Below are positions 25,322 through 36,231 of a stretch of DNA of 64,000 bases, one piece after another. Positions within the stretch are counted from its first letter, which is position 1. Each line of letters opens with the position of its first letter. Source of the stretch: Entomortierella parvispora E1425 (lineage: Eukaryota; Fungi; Mortierellomycota); assembly GCA_020891255.1 (NCBI GenBank), contig BQFW01000013.1, positions 1,736,001 to 1,800,000 on the forward strand. The letters are read 5' to 3'. Under the pieces are notes generated by a model. It saw nothing but the letters and a program-made list of their open reading frames with translations. It made no database searches and was not told the DNA's origin. The position numbers were made by a program, and so were the translations under genes.

Positions 25322-25375
25322 CATTTGCACCATTTGCACCATTTGCACCATTTGCACCATTTGCACCATTGGCAC
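25322..25375. repeat. 9-bp tandem repeat (CATTTGCAC)x6
   Basis: Five perfect units plus one variant (CATTGGCAC) between ASCC3 stop and ABCC start. Confidence 0.95.
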
Positions 25376-25790
25376 ATTGAGGGTGCCTCATTCCCATGGA
25401 CAGGTCTGCAGGACAGGGCTGGGGTTGGGAAGCTGTCTTTAGCTCATCCTATCTATCAAAGAGTCAGGCAGTGTTGACGCTGACTGACTCTTTGCTCTCG
25501 TCTTTTCCCTTTGCCCTTGTTCCTTGTTCCTTTTTTTTTTTGAATTGCTTCGCTGCTTCTCCTTCGACGCCCATCCCGTCCCTTGTTATTTTTATCACCC
25601 GCTACTGTTTGGATTGGCGTGGCACCAACTCAAAAAAGGGAGCGCCGCCTTGTCCTGCTCTGCACCAGACCAAGGTCTCTTGGATAAAAGAGGTCCTCCT
25701 TCCCCAGTCCTCCTTCCTCTACCCAAGCCTGCTTTGCTGCGTGCCCTCCTCACTCTTCATCTTTGGATATCCTCCTACACCCCCTCTCTA

Positions 25791-28700
25791 ATGATGGCAC
25801 AACAACGTCCATTCCTCACTCGTCCCGACTTCTCGTTTCCAGATCCCTGGCCTGCGCTAATCGGCAAGGGCCCAGGACTGTTGTCTTGTCCGCCACCGGA
25901 AGGATGGGTCAGTCTGTTGTATTGCAGATGGCTTGCAAAGCCAACTCCTTGATCTCTATTAACGACCGCAACGTCCGACTATGACAGGGCCCTGCATCAC
26001 ACGACCGATTTGGGTTTACTCTCTGCTTCGAGTTCAGGTTGGTTCTTACTTCTACGAGCTTGCATGGCGGCAATAGCTGCAGACACGGTCTTGCATAAAG
26101 AACTAACTCTGGCTACCGGCTCTTGATAGCATCCTCTTTGGCGCTCTGTCTGCGTTGGCCACAATCTCTCTTGTCGGTCGGTTGATCTACTTTCGAAAGT
26201 ACGGTCAGGCTCATGGGTACGGTCGCACCAGGTGGATTTATTGGCCCACGCAAGCTTGCATGGCCATGGCTGCCATGTGCGCACTCCTACTTGCTGCCAC
26301 GAACTATGATGCACAGACGAGTCTTCTTCCCTCTCTTGGTTATTTCAGCATCGCACTCACTTGGGTACGGTAGCAGATCTTCATACTATCTACAATTCGT
26401 TTGCGTTTGCAAAATATTGACTTTTGTTCTTTCTAGTCCCTTGCGCTCTTTGTCAACTATTACGAGCACCTATGCACGATCCGATCTTCCGATCTCCTCT
26501 TTTCGCTGTATCTTCTCTTCTTGACTTCGGTCTTGGTCCACATCCGAACCATCTATCTCTTGGCGACAGTAGCGAGCATTGAAGGTCCTTCAGCCATTGG
26601 ATGGCCCCTTTTGACGCTTGCGGGGGCGCTCTTGCTGGGGGTTGTAGTCGAAGCCTGGCCCCGTGGAGGAACTTTGGTTCAAAAGCGTGCCATGGCAGAA
26701 GGCGCCTCTGATTATGAAAAAGCCAACACCCTATCCCGATGCACATTCCACTTTCAACAACCAATCATTTTTCTATCGATGAAGAAGGGTACCTTAACGC
26801 CCAAGGATATCGCTGACCAATTGCCCGAGTACCTCAAGTCAAAGAATGGGAGGCTTCAAACCGTTTGGGACCACGCTTTATCATCGTGGAAGCTCGCAAA
26901 CAAACGGAGGGGCCAGTCGTCCACAGAGTTAGAGAGCACAGGACCCTCGCTCTTTTGGGTCATCTTAAAGGCAGAGTCAGTCAACTTTGGGCCTCTTGTG
27001 CTTACAAGGATCTTGCGACCTTCGGCAACATTTGCGGTTCCTGTTATCCTGAGTCTCCTGCTAGAGTACTTGCAGGATATTCGAGTCCAGCCCACTAACC
27101 CTGGCGAGGAGAAAGAGATGCCATCGCTTTCCTATGGGCTGTTCTTGGCTGTGGGCATGTTCTTGATGACATTGGCGAGTGCGATCATGATGGTTCTTAA
27201 CCGTGATCAGACAATCTCACTCAGTCTCCACACGAGATCGCAGTTGGTTTCGTTGATATACCAAAAGTCCCTGAGACTCTCTCCTGGGGCTCGTCAACAA
27301 CATCAACAACAGGACAAGACAAAGGGAAAGACAGGCAATACTGCCACCACAGGTGCCAATGGACTGCCACCATCTAAACCATCGTCAAGCCCCGTCACCT
27401 CCATTACAAACCTCATGTCGGTTGATGCAGGCAGGTTACAGTGTTGATGTTCTTGTTGGCTGTACTCTCTCATAATTTGGTGGCGGTGACTTATTCCTTT
27501 CGTTTTATAGAACGCTGGGACGAAGGATTTATATTCCTGAGCATGTGGATTTCGTTCCCTATCGAAATTGGCTCCTCGCTGTGGCTCTGTAAGTCCCTTG
27601 ATGTTGCTGTCGAAAATGAACCCCTGTCTACTGACACCCTGCTGTATACAACAATCTCAAAAAAACATAGTGTACAAACTGCTTGGGTGGAGTACCGTGG
27701 CCGGTTTGGCCGTCATGGCCGGCCTGACACCGATTCAAGTGTATCGAGCTAAACTTGCTGCAAGGTTGCAACGACTCAAACTTGGACAGATGGATGGGCG
27801 GACCAGGGCTACGACCGAGGCCCTTTCAGCAATCAAGGTGGTCAAGCTGTATTCTTGGTAATGATATGCGATGATTGAAATGGTCGAAATGCGAGCATGT
27901 TCCAGTACTTCGCACGGTACTCCACCAGAATTTCTCTTTCTAACAACGTCGACCTCGAAAAAAAAATAGGGAGTCGGCTTTCCTCAAGAGAATCCTTGGG
28001 TACCGCAACAGGGAGCTTTACGAGTTGCGACGGATCGGCATGGTTGCTGCTGTCTCTTCCTTTTTATATGTCTCATCGACCCTGGTCATCTGTCTAGTCA
28101 CACTCTCGGTCTATGCCACTTGGGGAGGTCCCAATTTCACTCCAGGTGAATTGACGCCTCAGGTCGTGTTTGTGAGTATGGCACTCTTTGCCATGCTTCG
28201 CATTCCGATCTCGAGTCTGTCAGAGGCAATCTCAGTGACGATGAACCTTTTCGTGTCGACAAAACGTATCCAGGATTTCCTTCTCCTGGAAGAAATCGAC
28301 CCCAAAGCCGTGGAGAGAGTCCCAGACAACGACCCCAAACAACCAAGGGAGATTGTAGTGGCATTGACAGATGCATGGTTTTCATGGTCAAGGCAACCGG
28401 ACAATGCCGCGGGAGTTGATCGCGAAGAAGAATCTGCGGACGAGAATAGCAGATTGCTGTCGTCCGTCGATCGTGCAGGGGATGAGAGCGACGCAGTGGC
28501 TCACAATTTCAAGCCCACGCTCCAAAACATTAATCTCAAGGTTGCCAGGCACCAATTGATGGCAATCATCGGAACTGTTGGAGCAGGCAAGTCATCGCTG
28601 CTGAATGCAGTTATTGGTGAGATGTACAAGTTGCACGGTCATGTGCGAGTCAAAGGCAGCATCGCATACGTTCCCCAACAGCCGTGGATCCTCAACATGT

Positions 28701-31423
28701 CACTGCGAGACAACATCTTGTTCGGAATGCCATTCAATCAGGAACGATACCAGTCAATTGTCTTTGCCTGCGGACTTGAGCCTGACATAGCTCTTTTGCC
28801 AGCAGGAGACGCTACTGAAATCGGAGAGAGAGGCATCAATCTATCTGGAGGTCAAAAACAGCGCGTTTCCATGGCCAGGGCTGCTTACCAAGATGCGGAC
28901 ATTTATCTACTGGACGAACCTCTGAGCGCTGTTGACGCTCATGTGGACCAACACATTTGGAAAGAGCTGATCGGTCCCGAAGGTCTGCTTCGCAACAAGA
29001 CTCGACTCCTGGTGACCCATGGAATCCATCACTTGAAAGAAATGGACCAGATATCGGTTGTCAAGGGTGGACAGATTGTTGAGTCTGGTAGCTACGACAG
29101 CCTCATGGCTCAAGAAAGGATGTTTTCAAAGTTGATAATGGAATACGCGGTGGAGCATCGACGCAAGAGGAGGGGTTCACGCCAGACCGAGGATCAGGAC
29201 GGTTCCGACTCAATCATCTCGGATGAATCCTCGACAGCCGAAAGCTCAGAGGGGGCCAGTGATATCAATGAATCCCCCCCGAGAAAGCCAAAGAAGCCCA
29301 GTGAAGTTGAGAAGGATAACAAGGCAGGGCTGGTCGTGGCTGAGAAAATCCAAGATGGCGCTGTCTCATGGAACGTCCTTATGACATATATCCGTGCAAT
29401 GTAAGAGAAACACACGCCACTGGAAACGATATTTATTTCACCCAAGATTGACCTTTTTTTTTTTTGAATTTTTTAGGTCATACAAAAGTTTCTTCTTGAT
29501 GGTGCTTCTACTGGTTCTTTCTCAAGTTTTCCTCGTTGGCACGAACCTATGGCTCAAGTACTGGATCAATGTCAATGAAAGATACAAGGAACGAGGAGAA
29601 GCCGGTCCTCCTCCTCCATCACTGGGAGTGTTTCTTTCAATCTTCACTCTCCTGACCCTTGGCTATGTGCTCACTTGCATTGCCATGATGTGGACCATCT
29701 ATGTAGTGGCGCGCATCAGAGCATCTGAGCGCTTGCACAAGGTCCTACTTGAGAGGGTCTTGCGCCTTCCTGCGGCGTTCTTTGACACCACGCCGTAAGT
29801 TTTTGCGCGGGGGAGCTTTTTCGATCTTTTTCGATCTTTTTTTTTTTTTTTTTTTTTTTGCTAGTCGACAATGTATACTAACATATTCTATCTTGGCTGC
29901 TTGTTCTTTCTACCAGCCTTGGCCGGATTCTCAATAGATTTTCTGGCGACATTGCAAATGTGGATTCACGGATTCCCTCCAAACTCTACGAAACTTGGAA
30001 CAGCACAATAGGGGTTTTGGGGGCTATGGCAGTTGTTGCGGTTACGACCCCTATTTTTCTGGTTGTGCTGCCATTCCTTATAGTGGCCTTTGGCATTATC
30101 CAGCAGTATTATGCCGTCGCCTCCCGATCCTGTAGACGAATTGAATCTGTGGCGAAATCACCAATCTTCCAACAGTTTACAGAATCTCTGGGAGGTCTTT
30201 CATCCATCCGAGCAATGCAGGTTCAGGATCGGTTCAGTCAGGACAACAGGGCCAAGATTGATCATCACACAAACGCATCTGTGACGTTTACACGCTGTGT
30301 CCGGTGGATGGAATGCCGGACACAAATCATGAGCTCGTTCTTGATCCTTATGACGACCCTTTGGTTTGTTCTTGCGAAGCCAAGGGGATCCGTGGATGCG
30401 AGCACTGCAGGATTGGCATTGAGTTTCGCAATGTCTATCAGCAACTCCATGATCTGGACAGTGCGCAACTATTGTGATTTGCTGAACCAATTGGTCGCTG
30501 TGGAGAGAATTCACGAATACACTGAACTGAGGACTGAAGCACCCTTGGACACGGAAGAAGCAGGAGGATCCTCAGAGACACTGAAAGCACTGAGAACCGG
30601 ATGGCCTACTCTAGGAAGGATCAAGTTTGATCACTATTCAACGCGCTACCGCGAAGGGTTGGATCTGGTGCTGCGGGACATATCGTTTGAGGTCAAGCCG
30701 GCGGAAAAGGTAGCAATTGTGGGTCGTACTGGTGCAGGCAAGTCTTCGTTGACCTTGGCCCTGTTCCGGATGATTGAGGCGGCAGACAGTTATTGGGCGC
30801 GAGCCACCGACAATACTAGCCACTTGCTGCCTGGTGATACAACATTTGCCCCCCAAGCTCTACCCCAGGGAAAGATTGAGATTGATGGAATCGACATTTC
30901 GACGTTGGGATTAAGGGATCTTCGTCAACACTTGTCCATCATTCCTCAAGAGCCCACGCTCTTTGCTGGGACAGTCCGTGAGAATTTGGATCCCTTTTCT
31001 GAATGCTCAGACATGGATCTCTGGGAAAGTCTGGAGCGAGCACATTTGAAAGAGTATATTGTGAGTTTAGAAGGAGGACTGTCGTTTATGGTCGCACCGC
31101 AAGGAGAGAATTTCTCGGTGGGACAACGGTCTTTGATCTGTCTGGCAAGGGCTTTGCTGAGAAAGAGCCGTATCTTGATCCTGGACGAGGCCACGGCGGC
31201 TGTAGATGTGCAGACGGACGAGTTGATCCAGAGAACGATTCGAAAGGAGTTTACAGATCGGACAGTGTTGACGATTGCTCATCGGATCAAGACCATTATG
31301 GATTCCGACAGGATTCTGGTGTTGGATCAGGGACATGTGCTCGAGTACGATACCCCTGAGGTGTTGCTGAAGGATAGGGAGTCTATGTTTTACAAACTAG
31401 CGGAGCAAGCTGGTGAGGTGTAG
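25791..31423 (+). CDS. ABCC (MRP/Ycf1-like) ABC transporter with N-terminal TMD0, multi-exon
   Basis: TMD0-TMD1-NBD1-TMD2-NBD2; NBD1 GTVGAGKSS, LSGGQKQR, LLDEP; NBD2 GRTGAGKSS, FSVGQ, ILDEATAAVD, TIAHRI. Confidence 0.95.
27431..27510 (+). other. GC-AG intron in ABCC gene
   Basis: GAT GCA G|GCAGGT ... TTATAG|AA CGC TGG gives NLMSVDAERW.. in frame with the next exon (FPIEIGSSLWLLY); the nearby GT donor would shift the frame. Confidence 0.75.
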
Positions 31424-31734
31424 ATCATATCGGGATACCTTCAACAGCAGTTTCAGCCGCAATAGACAATGAATTAAAGTGGTAGTTCGCAGCTGGATGG
31501 AATGACAGAAACTCTTGTTCTGGGTGCAACACGGAGGTAGATTGAATGGAAGCGTGTCTTCTTTTTTGCTCTTTTTTTTATGTATGGAAATAGATCTCTG
31601 AGTGGAAATAGTGTATAAGGGACACGCCGCTCGCGGCACTTGGGCCGTCGCTGGAAACGATGGAGACATTTCATACCGGCAGCAAGGAACCTGCGGCTGC
31701 TTGTAAAGGCAAGTTGGTGGATAAAATAAGCCCA

Positions 31735-34041
31735 TCGTCACCTTCACCAACACTGCTGCTGCACAAACATGTCGATCGCCCTTGAAAATAGATACTCCTT
31801 CATCAAGTTGACACAAATAAACATGCAGATCAAAAACCTCGGGCGGAGAGCCACGCCGTCTGAGCGGTCTGAGCGCACTATGTTTTTTTGGGCGAAGTCG
31901 CTTGTTTCGGAATGGAAGGTGCATGTGCCTGTCCCAGGACAGGCAAGAATGCCGCAACCCGAGGGGGAATGTTCATTCAGACGAGGCAATGCAATGCACT
32001 CCTGTCACTCTTTCGACATTCCTGTTTCCACATGGTGTGGGAATTGGCATTTCGGCTTTTGCAATGCCTGGGAAATGGACTTGAACCCACTTCATCAACC
32101 TTTTTCATGTCGCCAGTGTTGTTGTTCATTGCCAGCAACTGCATTCTTTGGGACCAAGAGTAGTTCATTGTTCAACTGTCTGCATGTTTATTTCGTTTGT
32201 CTTTTCTATCTAGTGGTCTGCTCTCAGTCAACCCCGGTTTTTTCATAAAGGAAAACCAAGGTTGTGCAGGATGCGCCAACGAGCAGGCGGCAGACCTTTC
32301 GCATCCCAATAATGTGCGGTGGCAACCCATCATCGTGAGGATCATCGAGGACGTGTCTTATTCAGACGATTCATCTCCTTCATGAACTTACGAGGCTCCT
32401 TCTGGAACCGTTTGACCGGTATCCTTCTCAGAGAACTGATCTCGCCGACAACCTTGCCACCTTATACCCGACCTTCCCCTAAGTCAAGTAGAGATCCGGC
32501 GGACGTAGCGCCTTCATGTCAATAGTGCATGGGTCATTTGTATCATCGACCAAGGAGGGAGGTTTACGTCCTTGTTCAGGTAACTCCTCTGACAATCGGC
32601 AGTGGTGATCGGGTCCGAAGCCTCAATAATAAAGCGAGCAGCCCTTCGAGAGGAACATACTACACTGGCAACTAGTACACCGCACCCCTCTCGTCAGCTC
32701 GGCTGGGATACGAGGATGCTCGTTTCAGCGCCGCTATGCAGTGGCCGTGAAAGAACTCGCCGACAATACAAACTCTTCCCTCAAGACATACCTTCTGACC
32801 GCACTAATGAAGTCCTCAGACTCCCTCATGTGAAAAGGGAACACTCAAAAAGTCCACGGTCAGCCACACAGAGCTGTCACCCTTCCTTTGTATTGGAGAG
32901 AAGAGAGCTGGTCCTCAAAAAAGCACAACAAAAAAGGACATGAGCTCCCGTCAACTCGCACCGGTGAACTTCAGGTCAAAGTAGATACTCACACATCCAC
33001 TTTGGCCTTGCGACTCTCAACCAGACAAAGACTTGAGCATCACTCCAAAGATCTAAACTGGCCCCGAGTAGAAGATCACTGGGCTTGGGCATCACCCCAG
33101 AGCCGTTGACTTTCTACAAGGGACCAGCCCACACTTCCCGCCACTCTCAAAGGAAGAGCTACCGACCAAAGGTTGTGACAGAGGAGGGTGTTGTCCGGGG
33201 TAGGGTAGAGAGGGGAGCGTGAAGTTACCTTTGGTGCTTCCCTGAAGGCTTTCTTGCCGAGTCTTGGAGGATGGCGGTGAACGAACCGAGTATCGCGAGA
33301 ACAAGGTAAGGACAGAGACAAGGATCTCCAAGACGGAACAGACAATATGTGCAAGCAGAGAACTTAAAGTATAAGTGAAGATGAGTGGTAGGTAGTTGGG
33401 AAGTGGAAGGTGGGATGGGTGAAGAAAGAAGGGAAGGAAGGAAAAGGAAGGAAAGGAAAAAAAACGGCTTTTTATGATGAGCTTGCAAGCAGGGTGCAAG
33501 GGAGCAGCGCTCCTTAATTGTCAACAACGCGTGCCAGGTCCATGCAACGAGTTTTTCCACAGTGCCAGAACTGATATCCATGTGCTGCATGGCCAGATCA
33601 ATGTTTGACAGCCATATATCGTACCGTCTATCCCAACGCGTGCTGTTTGCGGAACAGCCAAAGATGCAGTGAGACGGGACGACAGTCCTTTTGATCGTCT
33701 GGAGATGGACCACCCCACCTTTTCCTATGGTTCCTCACCGGGAGCACTATTTGTGCGTCTACTTTCCCTCCCCTGACTGACATAGACGCGTTCTCCCCTC
33801 TCTTCTCCTTTGATCTTTGTCATTGACAATCGACGGTCAGCATGGGCTCATGCATACCAGCATCCTTCATTTCCTGACACTTCCATGAGAAGTGGCATCT
33901 TTTACAACCCTCTTTCATTTCGACCCAGGCACGAGCCAATACTGTGTTTTCTCGAATGTCGCCTTCAACTTTTCATTCAGGACTCCGCATGTCGCGCCTC
34001 TCAATGGGTGCTCATTTTGCCACCAATTCTAATTTTATTGA
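31735..34041. repeat. Dispersed ~2.3 kb repeat, copy A (degenerate minus-strand gene/transposon relic)
   Basis: Long near-identical matches to 38697-40973 and 45531-47498, all in direct orientation; no intact long ORF; intron-like pyrimidine tract on minus strand. Confidence 0.9.
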
Positions 34042-34108
34042 AATAAAATAAAATCACAGCACTGCGAGACACCTTGACTACTTTTTTGAGTTTAAAAAAT
34101 TAAAATGA

Positions 34109-34184
34109 TCTCACGACGATCTAACCCAGCTCACGCTCCCTATTGTGAGTGAACAATCCAACGCTTACTTAATTCTGCTTCAGT

Positions 34185-34216
<32 letters not shown>

Positions 34217-34254
34217 GGCAACGTCGCTATGCACGCTTGACTGCCACAAGCCAG
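34109..34254 (-). pseudogene. Decayed 146-bp fragment of nuclear LSU (25S/28S) rRNA, domain V / peptidyl-transferase region
   Basis: Reverse complement reads CTGGCTTGTGGCAGTCAAGCG..GATCCTTCGATGTCGGCTCTTCCTATCAT..GAAGCAGAATT..GTAAGCGTTGGATTGTTCAC..GTGAGCTGGGTTAGATCGTCGTGAGA. This matches eukaryotic LSU with several substitutions and indels; the flanks are not rDNA. Confidence 0.93.
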
Positions 34255-34574
34255 ATCAAGGACCTCAACTAAAATAGAACGTGTCTCTCTCTGTACAGTT
34301 TCCTCCTATCTCCATCGGAACACGATCTACAAATGACAAGAGGTGTCATCCTAAGTATTGAACCTCACAGTTTGAGACAGGGATGGCTAATAATGGCTTG
34401 TCTGTATCAGGGATTTATTGTTTTGGCAACAATTGGAGGATCGCCTGCGGACGTGCTAATCGATTGGTGTTGTCGATCGCTGAGGTATGCTGGGCATGTC
34501 TCTTGTTCTTAGAAGGATGTCATCTCAGAAGGCTCCTGGATACTTTGCACGAGTGTAAAGATGACATGCGTCCT

Positions 34575-34949
34575 CTAGGACTTGGGCGTCCATTTTTCAC
34601 ATACTCTGAAGCTATTATTGGCAATGTGTGTCATGCAGCCGCAAAATCCGTTTGTAATGACAGCGGCAGTGGAATCGGAAGTGACGCTGCGAAGGATGAC
34701 CAATCTGTCCATATTATTGAGTGTTATCTCATCGAGATCCTGGCGTGCACAATTACTATTGAATATTAACCCTTCTCCGTTGTAGAATGGTTTTCGACGT
34801 ACTCCAAGCCTCAGGTAACCGACAAGTTTGTCATTGGAGTAATCATTCTTTGCATACGGTGAATGACAGAGACATGTGATGGCAACTACTCTCTCGAGGA
34901 GTGAGAGGCCGGCGAATAGTAGGAGGATCGGCCAGAAGATTGAGATCAT
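34575..34949 (-). CDS. Small secreted cysteine-containing protein (124 aa, 6 Cys), intronless
   Basis: MISIFWPILLLFAGLSLLERVVA signal-peptide-like start inside ORF 34575-35204; CLC..C..CGC..C pattern. Confidence 0.6.
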   Translation of the reverse strand: MISIFWPILLLFAGLSLLERVVAITCLCHSPYAKNDYSNDKLVGYLRLGVRRKPFYNGEGLIFNSNCARQDLDEITLNNMDRLVILRSVTSDSTAAVITNGFCGCMTHIANNSFRVCEKWTPKS

Positions 34950-36231
34950 TCTTGTTGGTGGGGAGTGATGAGATTGCTGGCAGGGATCTGTTGAGTGAGT
35001 GCCTTGAGCGAGACTATGATCTGTTGTTGAGCGTGCGCTTGAAGACCGTACCATTGTCCTTTTTAAGTGTGAGATCTTGGACGGACAGGAAGAACAAAGC
35101 CCGCGGGGTAATGAGCGGAGGCGGTATGAGAAAGGACAGGGGCGAGAGAAAACAATCCGGGGCAGTCGAAAGAGGGAAGCTCGAGACTGCGCGTTTACAT
35201 CCACTCCCCCTCTAGGTCAATTACACATGGCCCGTGCTCATCAGGCCACTAGTCGGATCTTTCAGGCAGATCTTTTGGCGCTCTGTAAGGTTACAAAGAA
35301 TAATCTATGCAAGATGCATGAATGCCAAACCACTTGAGCTCTGTCAGGCACCAATGCAAAACTATGAATGCAGATCTTTTGGCTTTTGGCGTTCTCTCAG
35401 GGGCCAAGAAATCCCTGGAATGTAGATCTTTTAGAAATATCCTTTGCAAGTACCACAATCTGCACCCTAATCACGCGTCCGACATCGCCCTCTTACATCA
35501 GCTTGTAAAAATACACCACAGCAGACTTTCGCGCACTTCCATAGCCTCCTTTTCTGATACAAAAGGTTCATAAATGCAGATCTCTTTGAGCTCACCGATT
35601 GACATGAGTCGGAACTGGAAATGTGGGGACCATGCCAAGGCATGGGTAGCTGATGATGAAGATGCAGAAAAATTGATCGTGCCGGGTATCAAATAGAGAT
35701 GGAAAAGGGAGAGACACCATGCACATGGAAAAAAGAAAGGCACAGGGGGACTATATCAGGTACAAAGAGAAATATACCATTGTGTGGGCAGGTCGGAATG
35801 TAACATGGGAGGAGGAGCGTGATCAATAATAACATCTGACACACTCCTATAGTCTACATTAACCTGCATTGCTCACGTCTCCTTGGTCTTGCATGAATGC
35901 CGATCGCCCGGCGTTGTGCAAAGGATTAATTTTCAATGCAGGATGCAGGAATGAGAAAAAAGACCGAACGAAGCATGTTAGCCAAGGGGTGAGTGAAAAG
36001 GAGCATGCATATGCAGTGTGATCAAAGAGGAGGATGCATATCCTTTGCAGAGTTTCGCCAAGGCATCTCGTTGTAGGGACTCCAAGCCTCGATAGGCAAG
36101 AGAATAATTTGCACTCAGCATACGATAAATAGGCGATCTTGAACTAAACATCCTCGGTCTATTTGGCTTACCCCTCAATCCGATCCTTCACAATCTGAAC
36201 ACCTCACTCGCTTCTCATACCAAGTTTAGGC

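Noticed and set aside
25151-25375. ORF encoding MVQMVQMVQ repeats (and the ANG repeats in 24966-25397)
   Set aside because: Translation artefact of the 9-bp tandem repeat
25322-25375. Possible CRISPR-like or telomeric array
   Set aside because: Head-to-tail 9-mers with no spacers, eukaryotic context, internal position and no telomere-like G-rich unit
31735-34041. Repeat as an intact autonomous transposon or LTR pair
   Set aside because: No TIRs, TG..CA ends, target-site duplication or long ORF seen; the ORFs shared between copies reflect recent duplication, not coding constraint
34109-34254. Functional rRNA gene or mitochondrial/bacterial rRNA insert
   Set aside because: Only 146 bp, with mutations in invariant positions; sequence is eukaryotic nuclear type (CTTCCTATCAT..GAAGCAG), not organellar or bacterial
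34950-35204. 85-aa N-terminal extension of ORF 34575-35204
   Set aside because: Starts at a non-ATG codon in the track and is low-complexity; the internal ATG at 34949 gives a clean signal peptide
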